A DNA stretch of 64,000 nucleotides from Owenia fusiformis (taxonomy: Eukaryota), in NCBI GenBank assembly GCA_903813345.2, contig CAIIXF020000001.1:20956001-21020000 (forward strand). The letters run 5' to 3'. Each line of letters begins with the position of its first letter. Within the stretch, counting starts at the first letter, position 1. The notes beneath the pieces were generated by a model that saw nothing but the letters and a program-made list of their open reading frames with translations, made no database searches and was not told where the DNA came from. This document shows positions 13,930 to 25,884 of the stretch, piece after piece. Both the position numbers and the translations under genes were made by a program.

Positions 13930-15352
13930 AGATATTTACCTGCAGTTTAGAACTGTTAATCGTAGCTCCAAATAAATATATTCTATTCACGCTGTTATAC
14001 CATGACGGTTACGTCAAGGCGATTTGCAAATTTTTGCGGTAACGATAACAAAAAAGGCGAATGGGAAAGACAGTATGTCCCGGTCTTTCTCGACTGCAGG
14101 CAAGATTCACAGATAAGAATTTCTTTTAAGTATGAATGGTTATAAAGACTGAGTCAAATCTCCCAGGTGGTCTACAAGAAGCAGAATATAAGCTGTAAAC
14201 CCGGTTGAGATATTAACTGTATTAACTGTAATTAAACTGTGTATAAACAAGCCATAAAATGACAAATCCAGAACAGGAACGTGGTGTATATATTGTAAAT
14301 AATAGGGTTTCAATTCCAACGTTAGACGACTTCGTATGAATTGTATGATTTTTATGGACGGTATTATTGTATTAGTTGACATTAGATATTTAGCGGACGG
14401 TTACGTGCATGACACCTGTCAAGTCAAGGTTGATAGATCTGATAGACTCTTTCCATGTTATTGTTATAATGGGAAATATATTGGGATATTGAATTGCTTG
14501 TTCGTTTTCAGGACTCGCAAGAGACGCTCTTGTTTGAGCCTCTAAATTGGCTTGCTTTATTGATTAAACCAATGAAAGTGAAAAAGATAGCAATGGAGAG
14601 GCGAAAGAAGAGTTAGCATCAAGTACTGATGAAGATGACAAAATTAATAACAATGAATCGGGGTTTCATATTTGAACAAGGTTGGCGTAATCGTCCATCG
14701 ATTTTTTTGCGTTACCGCAAATTCAAAATACATTATTATTACCCCAAGGTTGCTAGGCAATGTAGACCATGCTCTAACGACAAAAATAAACAAATTACTA
14801 ATTTTTTTGTAGGTTTGAATTTCAAACTCGACATTTTTTCGCTTAAAGGGTTCCGATTAGCATCCCGTATAAAAACAATATGGCGGCTCCAGGCGAATCA
14901 ACTGGATCAGTCCATTTTTAAGAAATAAGGGGAGTGCTGTAAAATCCAGTTTATTGAAATTGTCTTTGAGATAAAGTAATCCGTTTATACACTGTGGCTA
15001 GTCGATCAATGTGGATGCAGTCATGTATATGCAATGTTTCGTGGGTTCTCGCGTACATTATAGTGAATGGGGTCGTTGAAAAAATATGACAGAAAATCGA
15101 GGTAAGTGATCTCAGAGTTTCTACTTAACATATTGACTTGAAATCTTGCATACATATTCAATATACATAGTATGACAATGTCTGAAAGTTTCAGCTAGCA
15201 TATTCCTGTAATAGGGAAGATATTTGAACAACATTTCGTAAACGTCAACATATATGTATCAAATGGATTCAACTATGTATCATTTGGATTCAGAACGGTA
15301 ACAAATGGATGCTATAATAAATTATGCTTTTATCATGATAATTTATTTACAG

Positions 15353-15993
15353 ATGGACAACTGGCCAGATTTTCTTTGTATTCATTGTTCGGATAAACAT
15401 TCCTTATTCAGTGAAGTAATTAGCCACACCATTACAATACACCCTCATGAAGAATTGAAAATTGATAGACTTTATATAGACCCGTCAACTGGAAAATGCC
15501 ATTACAGAAGGAAAAACTATGGTTTCATCCCTAATACTGTTAATTTGAAAAACGGGTCCATAACATGTAATGATGACAATGAAGATGTTGAAATTAGGTA
15601 CGCCAATCAAGTGAATTTAGAGCCCAAGAACCTACAACCCACTGAAATACCCACAGATCAAGTTTCAGAGCCATTAACATTCCTTGAAAGTGACAATGAG
15701 CAGCCAACAGATGGACCATCTGTAATTAATCTTGGTGATTTTGTCAGCTCAGCTGAAAGAGCCTACAGATTCCTTGAAACAAATGACCCAAATTCAAGAA
15801 TTATATCATCTATTTACAATTTTTTTGAAATCGTGGTAAGTGGAATCTTTCCAATTACCAATATAGGATTATTATTGTTTTTGGACACTGTGGACTATTT
15901 CACCGCTCCATGTGCCAAACAAGTAAGATACAGAAAAGAAACCAAATACTTTTGGTTCATGGGCTTTCGTCTGTTTCATGGGAAGTTTCTGAG
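15353..15993 (+). pseudogene. First coding exon of a putative transposase-associated protein (N-terminal C2H2-like finger), downstream exons lost
   Basis: ttacag|ATG acceptor, CIHC...H...H motif, FPITNIGLLLFLDTV...VRYRKETKYFWFMGFRLFHGKFLR, donor gag|gtaaga; lies inside the TIR element. Confidence 0.6.
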
Positions 15994-16041
15994 GTAAGAC
16001 TTCATTCATTTTTACTTTTAATTCTTATGATAATAAAATAT

Positions 16042-18008
16042 AACTAGACTTTAGAAATTGAACAAGTTCAATTTCAGACTCCAGATCTAGACTTTTTTAA
16101 GCCCAGTCATCCAGAATAAGCCGAGTCATCCAGAATAAACCGAGTCATTCAGAATAAGCCGAGTCATCCAGAATAAACTGAGTCATCCAGAAAATGATGG
16201 ATGAATGGATGAAATAGGATGGACGGATAGAATAGAATAGGAAGGAATGATAGGATAGAATAGGAAAGGATGAGATAGAATAGAATAGCAAGGAATGATA
16301 GAATAGGAAGGAAATGAAAGGATAGGAAGGATAGATAAGAAGGATAGGATAGGATAACATGGGATAAGATAGGAAGGAAAGGATAGAATAAGAAGGAACG
16401 ATAGGATAGAGTAGGAAAGAAGGATAGGATAGAATAGGAAGGACAGGATAGAAAGGAAAAGATATGAAGGAAAGATAGATAGAAGGAAGGATAAGATAGG
16501 AAGGATGGGTGGAAGGATGGATGGATTTTTCAACATTTTCTTCACTTCTCTTGACTTTCTATCAGGATACCATAAGATCGATTTTTCTCGAAATTTCAAA
16601 ACGCCATAACATAATCGGATCGAAATTTGGTTTGCAGATTCAGATCCCTTAGAAAATTCTATCCTTAATTCATAACTCATACGTTAAATTTAGAGAAGTT
16701 TTTATTTTGACCTACTTTTCAGACACCATATCTCAAAAGTGGGTCAAAATATTTTCTGACAGCAAAAAGCTAACACTATTAGCACACTCTTGGCTACATA
16801 TATACCAAATTTCGAAGAATATAATTAAAGTGTAATGTCAGAATCGAAAAAATGAGGAAAAGCTTTGAATTTGACCTAGATTTTGACCTAGGCCCTGGAC
16901 TTGACTTGGACCTAGACTTGACTTGGACCTAGACAAACACTGGACTTGGACCTGGACTGGACCTTGACTTGAACCTGGAAATGGACTGGAAAGGTATTTT
17001 TTCAATTTTTTTCACTTTTCTTGACTTTAAAATAATTCTATAAGGTTATCATCAGATCGATTTTTATCGAAATCTCAAAGCGCCATATCTTCCTAACCGG
17101 AAGTCGGATCGAAATTTGATTTGCAGATTTGGATTCCTGAGAAAATTCTATCCTTAATTCATAACTCATACGTTGAATTTGGAGAACTTTTCATTTTGAC
17201 CTACTTTTCGGACGCCATATCTCAAAAGTGGGCCAAAATACTTTCTGACGGCAAAAGGCTAACACTATTAGCACACTCTTGGCTACATGTATACACCATT
17301 TCGAAGAATATAATTAAAGTGTAGTGTCAGAATCGCAAAAATAAGAAAAAACTTTGAATTTGACCTAGATTTTGACCTAGGCATTTTGGTGTCCAAATTT
17401 TGAAGCTAGATGGCTTTTGAGGTTCCATTCTTTTAAAAGCTTTCATTGTATTTAGCTGAACTCAGTCTATATTTCGTATTTTTCACTTCAAAAAAATCTT
17501 TTTTCCCATTGACTTAACATGGGCACCAAATTTAGCGATTTTTGAGCTTTCAAAACGCAATAACTTCCGATCCAAATTTGGTTTGCAGATTCGGATTCCT
17601 GAGATCATTCTACACTTATTTCATAACTCACATGTTGAATTTGGAGATTTTTTTGTTCTGACCTACTTTCCGGACACCATATCTCAAAATCGGTAACAGT
17701 AATCAAAAATCTGATGGCACATTTATTAAAGGGCTGTTTCTAAGCTATATGATGAAAAAAAGACAAAGTTGTTTCGATAAATAACGACGAAGATAATAGA
17801 CAGATTTAAGATTTGACCTAGTTCTTGAGCTTTGACCTAGATAAAAATTGACCCAATTTCCGAGAAACTAGATACTGGACCTAAATTGACCATATACAGG
17901 ACTTGACTCAATGTCTTCTAGTTAAGGAGAAAACGTGTGTAGAAGAATAAAGAAGAAGAAGAATACTGACAAAAGCTATAGACTCCAGATTTACATCTGG
18001 AGTCTAAT
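16042..18008 (-). mobile_element. Helentron/DINE-1-like non-autonomous element (HINE) with micro/minisatellites and an internal duplication
   Basis: Minus strand begins ttattagactccagat-gtaa-atctggagtc hairpin plus (TCT)n and ends atctggagtc, stem-loop gaaattgaacttgttcaatttc, ctagtt. Contains 20-mer tandem repeats (16105-16190), a GGATA/GAATA microsatellite (16195-16525) and a duplicated block ~16525-16890 / ~16995-17380. Confidence 0.7.
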
Positions 18009-18192
18009 AAAAATGGTCCTGATCAACACAGGCTTCGCTATAAGTATTGCAGTAGCACATTGGTGGAGGAGGCCATGGTTCTTTACCATGCGTTTTTAGT
18101 GCGCTTTTGCTATTGAAAAGGTTGCCGCATTCATCGCACATGTGGCGTGTTGGGGCAGTTTCCTCCACTGGCTGTACGACAACCAGATCCAT
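18009..18192 (-). pseudogene. Truncated second gene of the CACTGTG element (zinc-finger-like CDECGNLFNSKSALKTH)
   Basis: ttttgtag|ATG acceptor directly before the start codon; C2H2-like motif; cut at the HINE boundary. Confidence 0.45.
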
Positions 18193-21100
18193 CTACAAAA
18201 TAGTTGTGATATATATTGAAAATAAAATCAAGATGTCCATCATCTTGAGTAAACATCAGATTATCGTCGGGCATCAAATATTCACCATATACTACTGTAA
18301 AATTATATTTTTGTTGAATTATTGTCCCAACTCAAGTTTATATGTAACCATATTTGTTTCTTCCTGATGTATCCAATGAGAGCGTTTAAGAAATATATGT
18401 AAAATATTAAAAATACACACATTCAAAATGATTCAATTAAAACCTAGCCAGTCTGTTCATTGAATCCAATTAGAACGTCTACTAATCCACATGATACATC
18501 ATAATTAAATTGCTTTTTTAAAGCGGATATTTCATACCATAACCCCAAAAATATTATAAAATGCGTTGTATTTGTGTTTAACTTCACACAGACATATTTG
18601 TGTACGTGAAATAATTATATTACTTGAATGTTTTATTCCCCATTATAAGGTAAACCTATGGCAATTATACATACCTTCTCACAGCTATGAGCGAGGTGAT
18701 AAAACTGGTCGAGTGAACTCGTTTGAGTTATCTATTCGCTGTAAAATTATCAGAGAATGTGCGTTTATAGCGTTGCTTTGGTTTGGTAAATCAATGAAGT
18801 ATGATATACACGGATGAGTAAATGTAGATTATTTAAACAAAAGTGCAAATTTCTTCCATTGAAAAGTACAGAGGCGGGTACTCACGAAACATTACATGTG
18901 CTTGACTGCATCCACATAGATCGACTAGCCACAGTGTTTATAATGATTTTGAAAACGTTATCCAAAGAGTGATTGCGTTCAAAGAATACATGTACAACAG
19001 CCAATATAAATCCTTGTATAAGAAACCGGTTTGTCTTGCTTTGTTTCATTTGTAGGATATTTCATATGCCAAGCTGTGTGCTGTTACGTTATGGGGAAAT
19101 TTAGATGCCAATTTTTCCTTATTGTACACAAATAGAAGATCCTGAAACTTCACCCTAAATGTGGAATTGATTTGTCAAAATAAAAATCACCCTTTTATAA
19201 ATGTGTGACGATCTATAATATACTTATGCTATATAACAGTTAGAGGTGTTGACACAACGACCTCGAACCTGTGAACCCTAGAGTATTATTCCGGGATCGG
19301 GCCTTTTATACTAAACGGTGAGCAACACCAGAAACGAGCGTTCGATTTGCTAAACGATATGCGTCACCCTTTAAGTCATGTTATCCCCGGGCATCAATTT
19401 GCAAAGACTACTTTCAACTTCATAATTATTGAATGCATCACCGAATGCGACCGCTTACATAAATCATCCATTCTTTCATTGATACACAGGAAATAATGCA
19501 CCAACCTTAGTTTTCTGTTCCAACGTGGCCATTTTATTGGATCAGTGAGCGTAGCAGTACAACTTCGTTTTCAGAGGTGGCGTAACCGTCATGCTATGCC
19601 AATAACAGCGTGCTATTGCAATAATGAATAAATACATGATGGGGCACCAGTCTGCAAAGCGGATAATTATCCATGTCACTAGTCTTGATTGTTTGAACAA
19701 TCAGACTAAACCCCGGGACTAAACCCAGTAGAAAGATGAAAAGTCATCGTAGCCGCCGTCAATTAAATAACCTGATCGATGTCATTGTCCTAAATTATTT
19801 GAATAATCTGTACATGATTCAGCCGGTGTAATTGTATCAATAAGACAGGTGTATGTTTGTACTTTGATTTAATCTCCTCGTGCTCAAGGTGCACTAAAAC
19901 GGTAGTTCAAATTATAAAGAAATATATATATAATATTTAACTTAAAGGCAGAATCAGATCTATAGGGGAGACAAAAGTACAAGCAACGTGTACAATTGAC
20001 CTTACCAATGTATTCCTTACAATTTCAAATACAATATCTCCCAAAAGATTCACGATATGTTATAAATTAATGAAGATATCATAGCTTCTCATTTCACATC
20101 AAGATAAAGAAAGGTGTACGGAATATGCCTATATCAATTATATCATCCCATCGAAGTGTAGTATTTGATAACTAGCCGATGAAAATTCGAACGAACGAAG
20201 GTGGTAAGCAAGAGAGGTAATTATGTCTGTCATCTTGAAACTCTGGGGCTTTCCCTCCTCTTGCTCAACTCAGTACCACCTTCCTGTTAGGGCACATTCT
20301 TGTAACTCTCACAGTACAGGTGAAACGAACTAGTCAGGAATGTAAAAAATGAAAAAGTTACATCATTTTTATCAGTACTTATTGAACGCCCTGTAAATAT
20401 TGAGTTTTGGAAACAATACGGTATACTTTTCTCAACGAATCTCCTTCATTAAGCCATAACTGTTATGTTAACGCCCTTCATGTTGTCCCAATCCCTATCC
20501 CAAGACTCCAATAACAAACAGTACAACTGACATTTTTGTCCCGACGCGAACAGCTGATCTTAAAGCGTAAACACTAATAGTGCAATCAGTGCCCAAGTGG
20601 ATCAACAATATTAAGAACACAGAGCTCGAACAATGTTCACTTTTTGATAAAACATCAGACTAGATATATCAACTTTCGACCTTAGATTTTAAATAAAGTC
20701 CTAAGTTTAGTAGAACATGAACAGAGTTACTCAATTTGACCGACTTCGTTTAAAATAATATTTAATCTAGTTTCATTAATAAAGTAGGGCCTATACTTAA
20801 GTTGCCTTGACATTGCCTTGCAAAATAATTGACATGATAGTTATTTCAACAAAAAATAATATCAAATTAGATTATCTCTAAACTAGAATGCGATTCTGAA
20901 ATATTATAAGAAACAAGGAGTGTGAATTAACTGAGAAATATAGACCGAATAACATGAATTAAATTGGCGAATAAATACCGCATGATAACACACCAACATT
21001 TAGTACAGACCAGGTATTGTATCTACGAATAAATACCGGGTGAAATATTGACTTTGTTCACAGTTTATAGAAGCCGTGAATACAGTCATGTCCGTATGTA

Positions 21101-21559
21101 CGATAACTGAAGCAACAAGATAGATTGTACTATAACTTGATAAGTATTGATATGTAAGGACTGTGGACTGATACCCTGAGTGTCAGCGTCTATAGTACAG
21201 AAGGGAGATGAAGCTCTCCTTTAAGAGGCAAATTCAAACTATTGGAAAGGGTATTGAACTAAACGATAACGTTGCGGTCATGATGCGACCTCCCAGGGTT
21301 GATTTCAGCACGAATCTCCCTTATCATACTGACTTTATTACACAAGAAGATAAACGAGCCGCACATCACTAGATATATTCAAGATAACTTTACGATAATT
21401 CGCCCTCGCGAAACATGCAATCATTTTAAAAATCGTTTCAGAGAACGTATCAGGAAAACACAAAAAAAATAACAACTGAAATAAGAGGAGAAAACGATTC
21501 CAAACCAGTGCTGACACTGACCGAACTTCACTACAGCTCTAGGAAACCCAGGTTCCAAA

Positions 21560-22355
21560 ATGTAAGTATCGCATAATCGCAATATTATGATTTTGTATTG
21601 TATAAAACCTGTTAGAAATTGAAGTCAAATTAATGTGACAACCGAACTATGTAAATAGTAAAATAAACTATGTATACAAACAATGCACTCGGCGTAAAGA
21701 AGAATTATGACACATTGGGAAACTGAAGAAAAATACTTTATTCAAAATGTTTTTTTGTTCCAGGATTTCAGACGCGATTATCAAGCTAAGTGTTTTGACA
21801 CTACTGTCAGTCCTCGCAAGGCCAACATCTTGTCTTCCAGTCCAAGAACTTGACACCACGTTTTCCCTTTTAAAAGCACCTATAAACATAAATAACCCAT
21901 TCGCACCTTTATCAGATTTGGATGAATTCTGTAAGCGATTTCTCGAATGTTGGAAACATCCAAGTGTGGTTAAAGTGATGGAGAAAGTTCATAAGCTGAG
22001 AAAGGACGTCGAGGATAGCACACAACGTATACTGGAGGGAAATGCAGGGAAAAATACATTGAAAAAACTTGTGCGAAATGAGCTGTTGTTGGACCACTTT
22101 AAATACGGATTGTGTGTCAGCAAGGCATGTAAAGAAGCGATGGCAAAATTTGACGCTTGGAAATTATCAATGGGCAGTGGGAAAGTCCATAATAGATGGG
22201 GCCGTAAGAGGAGAGATACGGGTAAAATCACGGCACCCAAAAGCGTCGTTCCGGAAAACTCGATGTTCAATACCCAAAAACGTGGACTAAGTTTGGTGGA
22301 CCAGTTTGTTTTGCTGAGAAAATGGGCAAGACACATTATTGGTGATAAGCGATAA
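21560..22355 (+). CDS. Secreted prepropeptide / neuropeptide-like precursor; start codon split by an intron, join(21560..21561,21764..22355)
   Basis: ccaaaAT|gtaagt ... ttttgttccag|G gives MISDAIIKLSVLTLLSVLARPTSC (signal-peptide-like); 4 Cys in the mature region; RW-G-RKRR amidation/furin site; KR-flanked C-terminal peptide; AATAAA near 22525-22536. Confidence 0.75.
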
Positions 22356-25300
22356 TTTAAAGACTTCGACCTGAACTTAAGAGTGGCGTGGTCTGTAGAT
22401 TAAAGAGAGCAGCTATATAAACAATGAATAATCAAGTATCATGATTGATTAATCTCATCGTATCATACTAAAAGTAAACAATTAAACCATAGAGTTTCTT
22501 AATATTTATATATTGATGTTCGAAATAAATAATAAATGTATTCTTCTAATAAATTTCATCGTTCAACTAGTTTCCTTCTTCGACGTCCAAGGTTGTTATA
22601 ACCCAAGTTGGAGCAACTGAAACTTTGTGAATCAAAACTAGTTTCGCCATTATGAAAACTTGAACGACATCATGAGTGAAGACTTCAAACAATATCAGAA
22701 TTGACAAGTTAGTGTAACGTACATGTAGGCCTATATAGCCTATTATAGGCTATGTCATCAGTGAAACCTACTGAGTTACTCCCTGCTGACAGGCTGAAGG
22801 ACAACGGCACATCCGCTGCTTCCACTCCGTTGTGTGTCTAAGCTGTCTCAGGTCTAAGTGGAAGGTGTTTTTACCCCCATGTCATATAAATGGTCATAAG
22901 CCAGTAATGTTGAAAATTGTTCTACTATATATATTTTGTTGCAAATCAATTATCTTTAAAATGGTAGTTGGTGTGTTTGTCAGAAATATTGGCTAGGGGG
23001 TGGTTTTTTCGGTCCACCCTGTCGATGGGAATTTTATAGGAAGTATGTTCTATAACATTTTTAATCAGGGTAAGCTATTGTATAGCATCTAATGCTTTAT
23101 TTTATCAAAGTAAAGTGTCTTCTATCAACAATACATTGCCAATTCAGAAGATAAGATGCATCAGCATTTACACAAGAGAGATACATCATGTCATGTCAAT
23201 CTTTGAGAAGCAAAAATGGGGACAGTCGGGAAACATTTTTCAAAAGTTACGGCAACATTTTTGTAATATTTGTTCAGGTTGTTATATCCCTCGTCGTACA
23301 TTACGAATTTTGACTTTATTTAATCAAATGCTTAAATCTTTAATGAATCCGTGCTAGTTTGCGTTATGTGCACTCAGCTGCATTTTAAATACAGCTAGAT
23401 AACTTGGATTATGTTTTATCAATCAATATGGCCGAGTATTATGCAGCTTAAATGATAAATATAAACTTAACATAAGAACGCTGTAATTATCTTCACTGGC
23501 CTGCCACTGATGTAAATAAACAATACAAATAAGTAGGCTTATTGAAATATTTACCATTTACCATTTTTGATAAGCCCTCTTTGAAATAAGCATCCATGCA
23601 TATGGTGATGGGCTATCAGTGAGAAACTCCGAATGCAGTGTTAAATGCTCTGATATTTACCCGGAATCTTTTAAGTGCCATTAAATAAATATAATTTCTC
23701 TTACATCAAATTAGATTTTAATTATGAAGATCAGAAATGAGGTTCTATTTTAAATTGCGTCAATATTCATGAACAGAAATTTGCAGTGCAAAATGACAAT
23801 TTTAACGAGCATCTCTGAATTTTCAAAATCAATCCAACAAACGATCATCTTCGCACGAACAGTCTTCCCTGCGTTCATACCGCGTCGAGTGAATGAAGAT
23901 GATCGATTTGGCTTGAACATTTTACGTTTTTAGGAACGGTTTTAGATCAAAATAGTGCGGCCTTAAATCCATGATCGAAATTTGCAAATAAAATCAAGCT
24001 CAGTTGTATTGGCTGAAAATGGAGTGAAAATGCGTAAACATATTCTGATTTATCAGAGCCACTTTTTACCTAATGCTTGGGAGAGATTCCAAAGGATAGT
24101 AAAGACTGTGGGTCCCAAGATGGCCTACACATGACTTTTGGAGCGAAAATCTCAAATCGTTGAAGTAGTAGAGAAATTGATACAGATGTATGGACAGGCG
24201 CACTTGCTGGCAATATATACATACACCATGTGGTAGGAACACAAAAACTACAAGTGTTCAAATTATATTGTGAAACGAACAAAATAGTTTATTCACTATA
24301 AAAGATTCGAACATGACTGTATTCACGCCTTCTATAAACTGTAAACAAAGTCAACATTTCACCTGGGATATATTCGCGATCAATACCCCAGTTAATACGT
24401 GTAATGTGTGACGTCATAACGGTGGGTCGTAGTAATGTTGGACCATGATGAATATTCGAAACAATTTGGTGAGTTTTCATGTTCGAATCGTAATATAGAC
24501 CTCAGAGCAGGGGTAACCCCTGCTTTTCGGTCTATATTTCTTAAATAATAACACATACATGTAGGTAGGTCACCTATAAAAAATATCAGAATATGCAAGA
24601 TACCACAGTATCAATACACATATACTCAAAATCAGTGAATAACAAAAATAAACTTTCATGCATAACATTCAAAAATCAATCTCATATTGGCAATGTTTAA
24701 TTCAATCAAAGGTTTCTGTAACAACCACATTGTTGCCATTTGTTGCAGATGCCAACTGCTGAATGCCATCCACAAAAAGTTGAAGGCTCTTACAATATAT
24801 CATTATCTTGTGGTGGTGACATAAAAATAGATAAATTGGAATAAATATATGAATCAGCAATTCATTCTGGGTGGAATAGAAACATAATATGGATGTGTTA
24901 CACAATAAAACAAAGAAGAGGTACATGGCAGAGAAGTAACAATTACAATACACAGAGTCATGTTCCTTCAAAATGTTGTTGGAACAAGTCAATGATGCCT
25001 ATTGTATCATGCAAAGGACGATTCTCGGTTTGGAGAACGAAGTTCATCAATCTAAATGAGCATTATCCCTGCTTCGGACAAATTTGATTTTTTCACATAA
25101 TATAGATTTGAATGTCTTCTTTTGAATAGTCATAATTTAGTTTGGGTAATATTTCTAGATTTTTCGCAAAAAAAATATTAGCGCAGTACACTATTGAACT
25201 TCTTTCCCCAAATCGAGACTTGTATTTTATTGAATCGATCTAATTGAGCATTATCCCTGCTTCAGACTAATTTGTTATTTTTACATTTTGTGGATTTAAA

Positions 25301-25884
25301 TGTTCTCTTTTGAATATTCAAAGTTTAATTTGGGTAATATTTCTATATTTTTCATGAAAAAAATTATTACCCAGGAGATTGTTCTCCAAACCGAGAATCG
25401 TCCTTTCTATTACTAAAAATGCTCATCATAAATCATTGATTTGGAACATTTGCAATTCAACACATTTTAGCCTTGCAATTGTTAAGTTTGATACAGTGGA
25501 ACTATTATGTAAGTTGAAAACATTTCCTTCCTCAAAAATGTTCTCCACTCAGTTGGGGTTCCACTTTCAGAATTTAGAGATTCATTTAACATAAATTCTA
25601 TGGTCATGGGACTCGGGAGTGTTCCACTTAAGGAGGAGTTCCACTGTTTTTACTGTTGTGATATGACGTTAGTTCATATATCATGTTAACAGCTCTATCT
25701 TAGAAACTTCTCAAACCACCACTTGTTCTATCCTTGGCTGTATACTCTCTAGTATCTGAGGCAATAGCTCTATATTCTCCCTTATGTTATGGTTTTCAAT
25801 CCAATCAAGAGAAAATTTCAGCAGATCTAGAGGTGTTATTACATTCATATTGTCTGTTCCTCCTAGACATCTTTGACTGATCCT

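Larger units (their letters stand above)
14990..18936. mobile_element. Unclassified DNA transposon with ~63-bp CACTGTG TIRs carrying two convergent truncated zinc-finger genes
   Basis: TIR CACTGTGGCTAGTCGATC(A/T)ATGTGGATGCAGTCA...; flanking direct repeat TTTATA (or TTAT if the ends are ACAC/GTGT). Confidence 0.8.
13988..19612. mobile_element. Outer non-autonomous DNA transposon with CAC...GTG ends and 5-bp TSD (Transib/CMC-like), interrupted by nested elements
   Basis: CACGCTGTTAT...catgacggttacg at the left end and cgtaaccgtcatg...ATAACAGCGTG at the right end; TSD CTATT at 13983-13987 and 19613-19617. Confidence 0.7.

Noticed and set aside
16145-16680. Hydrophobic ILSFPSY-rich ORFs
   Set aside because: Translation of a GGATA/GAATA microsatellite.
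14990-18936. ProtoRAG transposon call
   Set aside because: Heptamer-like ends and convergent genes, but no nonamer-like motif, no 5-bp TSD and no recognisable RAG1/RAG2 sequence.
24490-24540. Strong hairpin (agcaggggtaacccctgct) as ncRNA or terminator
   Set aside because: More likely the terminal hairpin of a Helentron-like repeat; no other RNA-gene signals.
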